Source: Candidatus Kaiserbacteria bacterium (GTDB lineage Bacteria; Patescibacteriota; Minisyncoccia; Phycocordibacterales; UBA918). Taken from it: a stretch of DNA of 64,000 bases. Below, piece after piece: positions 9,177-18,861 of this stretch. The stretch spans positions 30,438 through 94,437 of the forward strand of contig JAGQME010000003.1 of NCBI GenBank assembly GCA_020428795.1. The letters are read 5' to 3'. The notes under the pieces were generated by a model that did not search any database, was not told where the DNA came from, and worked only from the letters and a program-made list of their open reading frames with translations. Each line of letters opens with the position of its first letter. Positions within the stretch are counted from its first letter, which is position 1. Position numbers and translations under genes: made by a program.

Positions 9177-9968
9177 CTAAGCTTCACTTTCAGCACTTCC
9201 TTCGGCTCCCTTGATTTGACTAAGTAGAGTTTCGATTATTTGACTGACATTACTGTATGGTTGAGCTCCATTTATGACACCTTGTTGGTCGCCAACGATA
9301 ACTACTGAATAAGGCGTACCTTTAGCTCCGGCGTTACGACCATCTATCATGTCTTGCTCCACAACACTTTTCATTTGGCCGGAATTTAAACATTCCTCAA
9401 AAGCATTTTTACTAGCACCAGCCGTAACAGCAAATTCAGACAGTCTGGCCATATTGGTTTGTTCATTGACCTCTCTTTCACCAAATACGAGGTCAGAGAA
9501 TTTCCAGAAAGCATCATTACCAGCCAAATCGGCTACACATTCTGAAGCTTGGGCCAGTCTAGGAGCGCTAGGGTGTAATTGTTCGATGGGGAATTGACGG
9601 TAAACCCAAGCCACTTGACCTTTGACGCCGTAACTCTCCATAATTCGAGTCATGGTTTCGTGATAGTTTTTACAGAAAGGACAATCGTAATCTGAATACT
9701 CCACTATTACAATCGGAGCGTTTGGATTACCTCGTATGTGATCATTCTCGTCTACCGGTCTAACTGGTCCGGTGGTTTCGGTACCGGTTTCTGCGTTTGG
9801 GTTTGGCTGATTATTATTTTCAGCGATTTTACTATTCCCGCCACTAAAATAGATAGCTCCGGCAATCATGGCAAAACCAATGACAATGGCGGCCGGAATG
9901 GCGTAAGGATTTCGGCTGTTAACGACAGTGGTTTGAACCGGATTATTACCTGATAGATTATTGTCCAT
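9177..9968 (-). CDS. DsbA-family thiol:disulfide oxidoreductase, membrane-anchored
   Basis: N-terminal TM helix and a thioredoxin-fold CPFC active site (YSDYDCPFCKNYH). Confidence 0.8.
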   Translation of the reverse strand: MDNNLSGNNPVQTTVVNSRNPYAIPAAIVIGFAMIAGAIYFSGGNSKIAENNNQPNPNAETGTETTGPVRPVDENDHIRGNPNAPIVIVEYSDYDCPFCKNYHETMTRIMESYGVKGQVAWVYRQFPIEQLHPSAPRLAQASECVADLAGNDAFWKFSDLVFGEREVNEQTNMARLSEFAVTAGASKNAFEECLNSGQMKSVVEQDMIDGRNAGAKGTPYSVVIVGDQQGVINGAQPYSNVSQIIETLLSQIKGAEGSAESEA

Positions 9969-10108
9969 AAAACATTACATCATTACGTATATGCGCAAAT
10001 TATAACATGATATTTCATTTGTCTTTCATTTTAGGTAAGGAAATCTAGATTTTCGACTACGCACAAATTAGGTTGATAATAAGCTTAATCATACGTTACA
10101 ATTCTGTA

Positions 10109-10918
10109 ATGGGAATTTTTGACGCTATTATTTTGGGTTTTGTTCAAGGTCTGACTGAGTTTCTACCCATATCATCATCAGGGCATTTAGTTTTAGCTAG
10201 AACCGTATTAGGTATCGAGATGAATGGGGTATTGGCTTTTGATGCCATATTGCACTTTGCTACCGTGTTGGCGGTTATTGTTTATTTTTTTCCAGATATA
10301 TGGATTTTAGTTCAGACTTTGTTGCGTAAATTGGGTAGATTGCCGGTCAACGCCAGAGACGAAATATTGCTATTGTCACTTTTGGTGGCCACCATACCGG
10401 CGGCCTTGATTGGATTTTTAGCAGAATCTTATCTAGATCGTTTGTTTAGTTCGCCAGTAATAGTCTCCATGATACTTTTTATGGCGGCTTTTTTCTTTAT
10501 TTTTGCCGAATGGAAATATTCTACAACACCAAGACAGAGTGATATTAATATTCAAAAGGGATTTAAAATTGGTCTATTTCAAGTTTTAGCTCTTATGCCA
10601 GGGTTTTCTCGATCGGGTGCCACTATCGGAGGCGGAATGATTCTGGGATTAACTAGAATAGAGTCGGCTCGATTCTCGTTCTTACTATCGATACCGATTA
10701 TTTTAGGAGCCGGACTTAAGAAAATGTTAGATTTTATAACTTCACCAGAAGCCGTTAATTGGGTACCGGTCTTTGTCGGTTCGGCCACCGCCTGTATAGT
10801 GGCTTTGATCGTCATTCATTTCTTTCTAAACTTTATTAGAAGATATACCCTGTGGCCATTTATTTGGTATACCTTGATCCTATCGACTTTTCTGTTATTC
10901 GTTTTCTGGTTTGGCTAG
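10109..10918 (+). CDS. uppP: Undecaprenyl-diphosphatase UppP/BacA
   Basis: Hallmark GFVQGLTEFLPISSSGHLVL and a second conserved block PGFSRSGATI in an 8-TM protein. Start taken at MGIFDAI. Confidence 0.85.
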   Translation: MGIFDAIILGFVQGLTEFLPISSSGHLVLARTVLGIEMNGVLAFDAILHFATVLAVIVYFFPDIWILVQTLLRKLGRLPVNARDEILLLSLLVATIPAALIGFLAESYLDRLFSSPVIVSMILFMAAFFFIFAEWKYSTTPRQSDINIQKGFKIGLFQVLALMPGFSRSGATIGGGMILGLTRIESARFSFLLSIPIILGAGLKKMLDFITSPEAVNWVPVFVGSATACIVALIVIHFFLNFIRRYTLWPFIWYTLILSTFLLFVFWFG

Positions 10919-10930
10919 AGAGTTTCAGTT

Positions 10931-11506
10931 TTAGAATGGTAGGGAATGAGTAACCGAAGAATCCTCTTTAACCTTCCAAGACGAAACGTCCAAAGGAATT
11001 TCTTTCTTACGATAACCATCTTTAAAAAGTACGTGGCCATTTTCGAGGGCGTAATCAAAAATCTTTTTGGTTACTTTTACATCCTGTTCACAGTATTTTT
11101 TAATCGCAGCGATATTACCTTCCCGCCACCAGCGGACAGCTTGTAGACCATCGGCGCTTTTTTTGGCCCCAATGGTGGCTTGTGCCACACTATCGAGCCT
11201 CAAACGTCTACCAAGTGAGTCTTTAATAGCTTCCAATATATCAATGCTTTTGATGTGGGTTAAGTCACCAGGGTAGTATTTGTTTAGGAGGGGTATGTCA
11301 AAATGGTTGCTGTTATAACCAACTAAAGCGTCAGCACACTCTATAATTGGCCACAGCAAGTTGAGCTCAGTTATGTCAACTGTAGTGTATTTGTCAGTGT
11401 GACTATCATAGACAGTAGCGACTGATATATCTAAATCAGCTGGGTCATTACTGCCAATATCACTAAAAACATTTTGCGTCTCTAAGTCAAAAACAATATA
11501 TCTCAC
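10931..11506 (-). CDS. DEDDy-type 3'-5' exonuclease (DnaQ/RNase D-like fold), stand-alone
   Basis: Exo I IVFDLETQ, Exo II LVGYNSNHFDIPLL, Exo III YCEQDV (Y-x3-D). Confidence 0.6.
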   Translation of the reverse strand: MRYIVFDLETQNVFSDIGSNDPADLDISVATVYDSHTDKYTTVDITELNLLWPIIECADALVGYNSNHFDIPLLNKYYPGDLTHIKSIDILEAIKDSLGRRLRLDSVAQATIGAKKSADGLQAVRWWREGNIAAIKKYCEQDVKVTKKIFDYALENGHVLFKDGYRKKEIPLDVSSWKVKEDSSVTHSLPF

Positions 11507-11510
11507 AATT

Positions 11511-12767
11511 TTAAGTAGTTAGATTATTTATTAATTCAGTAAGTGTACCAGATTGTTCTGTGCCGTCGGTTAGATTCTTGAGCGTAAATGTACTGCTGTT
11601 TAGTTCGTCTTCACCAAAAATTAAGGCAAATTCTACAAACTGTTTTCCAGCGTCACTAATTTTTTTACCAACCTTCTTCTGACTCATGTCGGTCGCTACT
11701 TTGATATCCGCTTCACGAAATTGTTTAGCTATTTTTTGAGCTTCTATATTAAGATTAGTTTCAGCCGGTATAACCATAATGGTTGGAGAAGTGATGTTGG
11801 CGGTCAAAAGATCATGGGTCTCCAAAAAATCACGCATGGTGACATCACCCATGCCAAAACCGATACCAGTAACAGTGTTACCACCGAACATGGCCGTTAG
11901 ATTGTCATACCGACCGCCGCCAAGTAAGGCACGGTTATTTTCTGGTGATTTATCAAATATTTCAAACACTGTACCGGTGTAGTAATCAAAACCACGGGCA
12001 ATTGAACGATCTATGGTGGCGTTGTTTATACCAAGGGTAGCCAAGCCTTTTATTAGTTCATGATCTGTTACTTTTTCCTCTACCATCTTTATTACGGCCA
12101 AAGTTAGTTTTCTATCTTTAAGTATTTTCTCCATTGACTCAGTGTAATCAGCTTTAGATATCTTGGCTTTTTGGTCGTTTAGTTTGGTTATTTTGTTCAC
12201 CAACTCTTCGTCGTTTATACCAAGCTCACTGTATAGCTTGGTCATTTCGGCTCGGTTGTTGACTTTTATTTCAAACATGTCTTCAGTGGCCCCAAAGTTT
12301 ATAAGCATTTGGTGTGCTAAAGCCAATATCTCAATATCGGCTGAAACATCGTCAGCACCGAAGAGGTCACAGTTTAATTGCCAGTGTTCACGAAGTCGGC
12401 CTCGTTGGGCTCTCTCGTATCTAAAAAGGTTTGGTATAGAGTACCAGCGTAGCGGAAAAACCAATTCATGACGTTTGCCAGCTACCATTCGAGCTACAGT
12501 CGGAGTCATTTCTGGACGCAAGGTGACTTCTCTTTCTCCTCGATCTAGAAAGGTGTAGGTTTGCTCGTTCACCAACTCTTCATTCTCAGCTCCTTTACTT
12601 TTGTATAAAATAGCCGGTTCTAACACTGAGGCGTCGTATCTCTCATAACCAAAACTTTCGGCTGTTTGACTCCATACGTCAAAAATATAGCTCTGTATAG
12701 CCATATCATCTGGATAAAAGTCACGGACACCCTTGTACGAGTCAGTTGATAAAAATTTGTCTTTCAT
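11511..12767 (-). CDS. hisS: Histidine--tRNA ligase
   Basis: Class II aaRS motifs are present (YKGVRDFYP..., motif 2 region RYERAQRGRLREHWQ, GGGRYD near the C-terminal anticodon-binding domain). Size is 418 aa. Confidence 0.85.
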   Translation of the reverse strand: MKDKFLSTDSYKGVRDFYPDDMAIQSYIFDVWSQTAESFGYERYDASVLEPAILYKSKGAENEELVNEQTYTFLDRGEREVTLRPEMTPTVARMVAGKRHELVFPLRWYSIPNLFRYERAQRGRLREHWQLNCDLFGADDVSADIEILALAHQMLINFGATEDMFEIKVNNRAEMTKLYSELGINDEELVNKITKLNDQKAKISKADYTESMEKILKDRKLTLAVIKMVEEKVTDHELIKGLATLGINNATIDRSIARGFDYYTGTVFEIFDKSPENNRALLGGGRYDNLTAMFGGNTVTGIGFGMGDVTMRDFLETHDLLTANITSPTIMVIPAETNLNIEAQKIAKQFREADIKVATDMSQKKVGKKISDAGKQFVEFALIFGEDELNSSTFTLKNLTDGTEQSGTLTELINNLTT

Positions 12768-12816
12768 AGATAAACCTGATTGTAGGGGAGTGGGTCTTGC
12801 TTTGCAAGTTAAAAAA

Positions 12817-13383
12817 TTAATCTAATTGTTGGTTGGGGTGTTGAAATACAACTTTTAGTCTGGCATCGGTCGCTTTTTGGATGGTGGCTTGTAAGGCTCT
12901 GGGGTCGGGTAATCCTTTTGATTCAAAATTATTATCAGCCGCTCCGGCGGTTTGAGCTCGCATAGTGCCGTAATTTAGTAGAGTGGGAATGATTCCATTC
13001 ACCGAAACTTTTATGTCTTGCATTCGTTCTAATCTAAAACTGCTGACCTTGCGACTAAAAAACCTGATTTGATCTACCACAATTATTCTTCTGTCAGTGA
13101 TAATCCACAAATCCAGATAGTAATGAGTCCAAATCATGGCGGTGCCCATGATACACACCACCAACCAACCGCAAATTGTAAATATCAAAAGAGCGCCTTG
13201 TCCAGCCATGACTTCGCTATGAGATATGTTTTCGGGTAGGAGAATAAAACCGATGTATAAAATAATGGGTAATATGGCTAAGAAAAATATTCCGATTAAT
13301 TCGGCAAACAAGATAAACCAGTGTTTGCGGACGGTATTGATGACGATCTCATCTTTTTCTAATTGTATTTTTTCCAATAACAT
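12817..13383 (-). CDS. Membrane protein with a bacterial PH (bPH_2/YdbS-like) domain
   Basis: Two N-terminal TM helices are followed by a ~100-aa cytoplasmic beta-rich domain (ITDRRIIVVDQIRFF...). The assignment is by resemblance only. Confidence 0.4.
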   Translation of the reverse strand: MLLEKIQLEKDEIVINTVRKHWFILFAELIGIFFLAILPIILYIGFILLPENISHSEVMAGQGALLIFTICGWLVVCIMGTAMIWTHYYLDLWIITDRRIIVVDQIRFFSRKVSSFRLERMQDIKVSVNGIIPTLLNYGTMRAQTAGAADNNFESKGLPDPRALQATIQKATDARLKVVFQHPNQQLD

Positions 13384-13386
13384 AAA

Positions 13387-13611
13387 TTATGAAAATATAA
13401 CAATGAATCCCATAATCAATAGTAATGGCAGACTAGTGCCAAAGTATATCCAGCTGGTTAGAACGTAGGTACTTTTTTCAGTGCCGTATGATTTCCAGTG
13501 GTAAAGCAAGATGACTGAAAAAATCAGGTAAACTACAATCATTACGTAATAAATAAGTTGACTGATCGAGTGTAGATCAGTTCCGAGTAGACTGAGAGTG
13601 ATTGTAGACAT
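13387..13611 (-). CDS. Small two-TM membrane protein, hypothetical
   Basis: 74-aa ORF, hydrophobic, with tight spacing between flanking genes on the same strand. Confidence 0.3.
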   Translation of the reverse strand: MSTITLSLLGTDLHSISQLIYYVMIVVYLIFSVILLYHWKSYGTEKSTYVLTSWIYFGTSLPLLLIMGFIVIFS

Positions 13612-13616
13612 TGATA

Positions 13617-14360
13617 CTATTTTGACACATTAATTAGTGTCAGTACACTGAAACGCAGTAGATTATATTGATCTTTATGGGTCGCTACGTTGAAACCAAA
13701 TTGGCTAGCTAGTTTGTGAATAGTTGGGACTTGTTCTGGTTCATGTTCCAGCCATAACTGACCATTGGAGGTGAGGAAGGTTGGTGCACCCATAATAATT
13801 GCTTCTATGAACTCAAGGCCACCATGTCCGCCATATAGAGCGTGGTGTGGTTCGTGATTTTTAACTGACTTGGTGGTACGGTCTAAGACTGGATCAATGT
13901 AGGGAGGATTCGACAAAATAAAGTCGTATTGGTCAGAAATATTTGCAAATAGGTCCGACTGCCAGATTCGATAGTCGGTGCAAGCGATCTGGTTTTCTTT
14001 TAGATTTTTGCCGATGGTTGGTAGGTGACGAATGTCGATTTCAGCAAAATGCACCATAGCCGATGGTACATGATGGGCGATAGCTACTCCAATACAACCG
14101 CTACCAGCACAGAGGTCAAGCACTTTTGCTCCGGAAACATTTTTTATTTCTGGAATGGCTTTTTCGACCCAAAACTCAGTCTCGGGGCGAGGAATAAGCG
14201 GGTGGGAATCTAGCCAAATTTTGCAACCAAGGAAGGGGATAGAGCCGATTAGGTAGGCAAGCGGTTCGCCATCGGCTAGTCGTTTAGCATCAGCGTGGAA
14301 AGCTTCGCTTTCCACGCTACTGTATTTTTCCCTTAACAACCACATTTTTTCTTGATCCAT
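13617..14360 (-). CDS. prmC: Release-factor glutamine N5-methyltransferase PrmC/HemK
   Basis: SAM-binding motif VLDLCAGSGCIG and substrate motif NPPY. Confidence 0.85.
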   Translation of the reverse strand: MDQEKMWLLREKYSSVESEAFHADAKRLADGEPLAYLIGSIPFLGCKIWLDSHPLIPRPETEFWVEKAIPEIKNVSGAKVLDLCAGSGCIGVAIAHHVPSAMVHFAEIDIRHLPTIGKNLKENQIACTDYRIWQSDLFANISDQYDFILSNPPYIDPVLDRTTKSVKNHEPHHALYGGHGGLEFIEAIIMGAPTFLTSNGQLWLEHEPEQVPTIHKLASQFGFNVATHKDQYNLLRFSVLTLINVSK

Positions 14361-14467
14361 AAGTCTTTTTAACTATGCTTTTTCCGACTGGTAATGTCAA
14401 ATTGTTTATTAGTCATATCTACTAATGAAATACTACGTTTGTCATCTGTATCGTATAGGTTTATACT

Positions 14468-15217
14468 TTGTTAAATATGGCAGACACCCCAATGCTCGAA
14501 ATTAAAAACCTAGTAAAGGTATACGGTAGGGACGAAAGAAGAGCAGTCGATGATATTTCCTTTACAATTGAAAAAGGGGCTTTCTTTGGTTTATTAGGAC
14601 CAAACGGAGCTGGAAAAAGTACCACTATTCACTGTATTACCGGTATTGCTCAACCAACTAGTGGAGAGATTCTGGTGGACGGTGTCAATGTTGTTACTGA
14701 TTATAAGACAGCCAGAACAAAAGTCGGTCTTTCGCCGCAGGAGTTTAACGTTGATATTTTTGCTACCCCAGAACAGCTAATGGATTTTATGGGTGGATAT
14801 TATGGTATTAAAAAAGAAGTCAGGGAGAAAAGGATTGAAGAGTTGATTGAGAGATTTGATTTACAAAAACACCGACACATGAAGTTTCAGAAACTTTCCG
14901 GCGGTCTAAAAAGGCGAGCTATGTTGGGTCGAGCTTTGGTGCACACTCCGGATTTGTTGATTTTGGATGAGCCTACGGCTGGTGTTGATGTCGAGCAAAG
15001 ACATGACCTTTGGCAATATCTCAAAGAAATGAATGAACGGGGAAAGACGATTATTCTAACCTCTCATTATTTAGAGGAAATTCAATACTTATGCAACGAA
15101 ATTGCCATAATTAACAACGGCAAGATTGTAAAACAGGGAAGTAAGGAGGAGTTTATGCGAGATGGTAAGTCAGTCGAACAGACATATCTTGAAGTCACTA
15201 AAAATCTACGAAAATAA
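14468..15217 (+). CDS. ABC transporter ATP-binding protein
   Basis: Walker A GPNGAGKST, signature LSGGLKRRA, Walker B ILDEP. Confidence 0.88.
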   Translation: MLNMADTPMLEIKNLVKVYGRDERRAVDDISFTIEKGAFFGLLGPNGAGKSTTIHCITGIAQPTSGEILVDGVNVVTDYKTARTKVGLSPQEFNVDIFATPEQLMDFMGGYYGIKKEVREKRIEELIERFDLQKHRHMKFQKLSGGLKRRAMLGRALVHTPDLLILDEPTAGVDVEQRHDLWQYLKEMNERGKTIILTSHYLEEIQYLCNEIAIINNGKIVKQGSKEEFMRDGKSVEQTYLEVTKNLRK

Positions 15218-15222
15218 TTTTT

Positions 15223-16059
15223 ATGAGTGATAATAATAAAACCAATCAAGAGTTCAGTGATGTAAGTAATGTTGAGGCTTTGAGTAGCTTCAAAGGAGTC
15301 AACTGGGTCGGCTTGTACACCATGTTTAGACGGGAAGTCATCCGTACTTTTAGGGTGGTCACTCAAACCTTGGTCGCTCCTGTTATATCAGCCGCTTTGT
15401 ATATATTTATCTTCGGATCAGTAATCGGTACCAGAATTGATGATTTTGCTGGTGTGCCCTATATATCGTTTGTGTTTCCAGGGGTTTTGATGCTTTCGAT
15501 TATAAACGCTTCTTTTGCCTCAGCCTCATCAGCTCTGTATTTTATGCGTTTTACAAGAGGGATTGAAGAAATACTGATTGCTCCTTTTTCGTATCTAGAA
15601 ATGTTAATCGGCTTTGTGGGGAGTGCGGTAACGAGGGCTCTCATGGTAGCATTTTTGATCTTGGGGGTTGGTTTGTTGTTTGGGGCGGTTCAACTAGAGC
15701 ATCCGATCTTATTTGTCTTGTACGTATCAGCTGTATCGGCTATTTTTGCTATGCTCGGTATTATTGTGGCTTTGTGGGCCGAAGGGTTTGAACAATTGCA
15801 GGTTTTGAATACCTTTGTGATCACCCCACTAACTTACCTCGGTGGAATATTTTATTCAGTCACTTTTTTACCAGAATTGGCCGCCACACTAACCAAGCTT
15901 AATCCATTTTTCTATTTTGTAGATGGAATTAGAAGTAGCATGATTGGTTACAGTGAAGCCAATACTATGATTGGGGCTTTAGTAACCGCTTCTTTGGTGA
16001 TTGGGCTCGGTACCTTGGTTACACAATTATTTAGACGAGGTTGGAAGATAAGAAATTAA
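15223..16059 (+). CDS. ABC-2 type exporter permease
   Basis: Six-TM profile immediately downstream of the ABC ATPase, with a 5-bp gap. Confidence 0.7.
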   Translation: MSDNNKTNQEFSDVSNVEALSSFKGVNWVGLYTMFRREVIRTFRVVTQTLVAPVISAALYIFIFGSVIGTRIDDFAGVPYISFVFPGVLMLSIINASFASASSALYFMRFTRGIEEILIAPFSYLEMLIGFVGSAVTRALMVAFLILGVGLLFGAVQLEHPILFVLYVSAVSAIFAMLGIIVALWAEGFEQLQVLNTFVITPLTYLGGIFYSVTFLPELAATLTKLNPFFYFVDGIRSSMIGYSEANTMIGALVTASLVIGLGTLVTQLFRRGWKIRN

Positions 16060-16158
16060 CTCTTCAGAAAGTTTTATAGATGGTTGGCTAGATTATAACA
16101 ACCCAACATTTATCTACACAGTTGACCCTTTGGTAAGCAGGGTTACTTGATACACTAG

Positions 16159-17190
16159 GTGTATATGTCAGATTCAAAAGCCCTTCATAAAATAGCTAAG
16201 TCATTAGTAGTTCCCCGCAAAGGTATTTTAGCCGCTGACCAAAGCCCTGGTTCGATGAACAAACAACTAGCTGCCTTGGACATTCCGGAGACACCAGAAA
16301 TGCGTCGTAAGTATCGTCAGTTGTTGTTTACTACGCCGGGTATAGAGGAATATGTAACCGGAGTGATTATGCATGATGGTACGATTCGTAATTACACCGA
16401 CGAACGTGTGCAGTTTTCTGACGTGTTGATTTCTAAAGGTATAATTCCAATTATAAAAGTCGATACCGGTACCGTTCCTCATAATAATTTCCCTGGAGAA
16501 GTGGTAACACAAGGACTTGATGGTCTTGAGGGTCGTTTACGGGAGTATTATGATATGGGAGCAAGGGCTGCTAAATGGCGGGCAGTTATCACTATTTCTG
16601 ATGACACGCCAACTCTAGAAAATCTGCGAACTGATTCTATGTCCTTGGCTAGATACGCTGCCATGTGTCAAAGTGTTGGTATTGTACCGATGGTGGAACC
16701 GGAGGTTCTCTACGCTGGTTCCCACAGCCTAGAGAGAGCTGAAGCGGTGACAACCGAGACTTTAAAGATTTTATTTACTGCCTTGAAAGAGCAACGAGTT
16801 GATTTATCTGGCTTGATTCTAAAAAGTAGTATGGTCCTAGCTGGTAGTGAATATAATGAGCAGTCGTCTCCAAGAGAGGTGGCGGAAGCCAGCCTTAGAA
16901 CCTACAAAAATTCTGTACCAGAAGAGGTGCCGGGCATCGTCTTCCTTTCTGGCGGACAAACTCCAGAACGTGCAACCGAGAATCTAAACGCCATCGCTAT
17001 GAAAGAAAAAGAGGTTGGTGGTTACCCTTGGGAGTTTGCCTTTTCCTACTCCAGAGGTCTTGAACAACCGGTTCAACAGGCTTGGTTGGGTGACGACAAA
17101 AATGTGAAAAAAGCTCAAGAGGCGCTCTTGAATCGCTTGCGCTTAAACAGCATGGCTGACTCGGCGGAGTATACGGCCTCAATGGAATAA
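16159..17190 (+). CDS. fba: Fructose-bisphosphate aldolase, class I
   Basis: Class I FBA hallmarks: N-terminal GILAADQSPGSMNK, the Schiff-base lysine region, and C-terminal FSYSRGL. Confidence 0.85.
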   Translation: MYMSDSKALHKIAKSLVVPRKGILAADQSPGSMNKQLAALDIPETPEMRRKYRQLLFTTPGIEEYVTGVIMHDGTIRNYTDERVQFSDVLISKGIIPIIKVDTGTVPHNNFPGEVVTQGLDGLEGRLREYYDMGARAAKWRAVITISDDTPTLENLRTDSMSLARYAAMCQSVGIVPMVEPEVLYAGSHSLERAEAVTTETLKILFTALKEQRVDLSGLILKSSMVLAGSEYNEQSSPREVAEASLRTYKNSVPEEVPGIVFLSGGQTPERATENLNAIAMKEKEVGGYPWEFAFSYSRGLEQPVQQAWLGDDKNVKKAQEALLNRLRLNSMADSAEYTASME

Positions 17191-17223
17191 TTTAATAGTA
17201 TAAGAAGTCCTCTGTGGTGTTTT

Positions 17224-17267
17224 AACTAAAACAAAGCGCTCCCTTCGGGAGCGCTTTGTTTTAGTTA
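17224..17267. terminator. Bidirectional terminator hairpin between fba and the convergent small gene
   Basis: aactaaaacaaagcgctccc-ttcg-ggagcgctttgttttagtt. Confidence 0.75.
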
Positions 17268-17270
17268 TTA

Positions 17271-17489
17271 CTATTTCTTTTGTTTATAGACAGTATGTGT
17301 CTTAGCGATTGGGTTATATTTTTTGGCCTCGTATTTCTTGCTAGGGTCTTTTTTGTTCTTATTATTGTACGTACTGTAGTAGGTATGATTTTTACCCACG
17401 CCATTTTTGTCGCCCTGAGTTACCATTTTTATAAGTCTTTCTTGTGACATAGTGGTGCTGATTCTAACAGAACAGTCTATTTTAGTCAA
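17271..17489 (-). CDS. Small basic protein, hypothetical
   Basis: 72-aa K/Y/N-rich ORF ending right at the terminator hairpin. No homology recognised. Confidence 0.3.
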   Translation of the reverse strand: MTKIDCSVRISTTMSQERLIKMVTQGDKNGVGKNHTYYSTYNNKNKKDPSKKYEAKKYNPIAKTHTVYKQKK

Positions 17490-17637
17490 TGATGGATAAT
17501 TAAATATTTAGTTAATGAATATTAGCTAAAATACGGTGTATATCTTATCTCTTTACAAAGACCTCATGATAGAATGAGTCTTAAGAAGCCTACTTTAATA
17601 CTAGGTTTCGGTCCTTCGTAATGAAATCAATTACAAC

Positions 17638-18861
17638 ATGAAGGTACTGACATTTGGTTGGGATTTTCCACCACAAACTACCGGTGGTCTTGGTATCGCT
17701 TGTCAGGGTCTCACAAGAGAAATCGCTCAAGAGGGAGTCGAGGTCATTTTTGTACTGCCTAAGTCTCAGATCGTTGCGGGAACGCAGCGTTTTATTTTTG
17801 CTGATAGCTCAAAATCAATCAAAATCCACGAAGTATTTTCTAGCTTAGTGCCATACGGAACAGAGAGAACCATGGTAGATGTTTTCGATCGAATTACCGG
17901 CCGAAGACTTTATTCAAGAAAATTGATGGAAGAAGTACGAGAGTATGCCAACAAAGCAGCTAAAATAGCTGAAGAAGAGGACTTTGATTTAATTCACGCC
18001 CATGACTGGACGGCTTATTTGGCTGGGGTAGCCGCTAAGGTGGTTAGTGGTAAAAAGTTGATTATTCATGTCCATGCCACTACCTTCGACCAGGCGGCCA
18101 GCGATAATATTGATCCGGAAATTTTTAATATTGAACTTGAGGGTTTCAGTCAAGCCGATCAGATTATTGCGGTCAGTCATTACACCAAGAAGATGTTGGT
18201 TGAAAAACATAAAGTTCCGGCTGGTAAGATATCGGTGGTTCATAATGGTTGTGATACTGAAGATCCACCTTGTTATGAACCAACTCTACAAAACCTAAAA
18301 CAACAGGGTAAAAAAATAGTTCTTTATCATGGTCGCATTACCGTTCAAAAGGGAGTGGACTATTTTGTAAGAGCGGCTCGAATTGTGGTCGATCACGATC
18401 CGAATGTAGTATTTGTTATTTCTGGTAAGGGGGATATGGAAGCTCAGATTATGCAGCAGGTAGCCAGTCAGGGTCTATCAGATCACGTGATATTCGCTGG
18501 GGCTTTATGGTATGAAGAGCGAGATAGGATGTATCAAAGTGCCGATTTGGTGGTCATGCCTTCGGTGTCAGAACCATTTGGTCTGGTGCCACTTGAAGCT
18601 TTACAAAACGGTTCTCCGTCATTAATCTCTAAACAGTCAGGAGTAGCGGAGGTTATCTCTCATGTCTTGAAGGTAGATTTTTGGGATGTCGAAGAAATGG
18701 CTAATAAGATTTTAGCTACTTTACGTTATCCGGTTATGCAACAACAGTTGGTAAACGAAGGTAAGCGAGAGTTACAAAAGCTATCATGGCGTGAAGCAGC
18801 TAGAAAAGTGTTACAGGTTTACGAGCGAGTAATGCAGTTCATGCATCAAGAAGTATGTTAA
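17638..18861 (+). CDS. Glycogen-synthase-like retaining glycosyltransferase (GT-B; archaeal GlgA/GT4-GT5-like)
   Basis: N-terminal MKVLTFGWDFPP..GGLG (KxGGL-like) motif and a C-terminal GT1-type nucleotide-sugar binding region (EPFGLVPLEA). Confidence 0.75.
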   Translation: MKVLTFGWDFPPQTTGGLGIACQGLTREIAQEGVEVIFVLPKSQIVAGTQRFIFADSSKSIKIHEVFSSLVPYGTERTMVDVFDRITGRRLYSRKLMEEVREYANKAAKIAEEEDFDLIHAHDWTAYLAGVAAKVVSGKKLIIHVHATTFDQAASDNIDPEIFNIELEGFSQADQIIAVSHYTKKMLVEKHKVPAGKISVVHNGCDTEDPPCYEPTLQNLKQQGKKIVLYHGRITVQKGVDYFVRAARIVVDHDPNVVFVISGKGDMEAQIMQQVASQGLSDHVIFAGALWYEERDRMYQSADLVVMPSVSEPFGLVPLEALQNGSPSLISKQSGVAEVISHVLKVDFWDVEEMANKILATLRYPVMQQQLVNEGKRELQKLSWREAARKVLQVYERVMQFMHQEVC

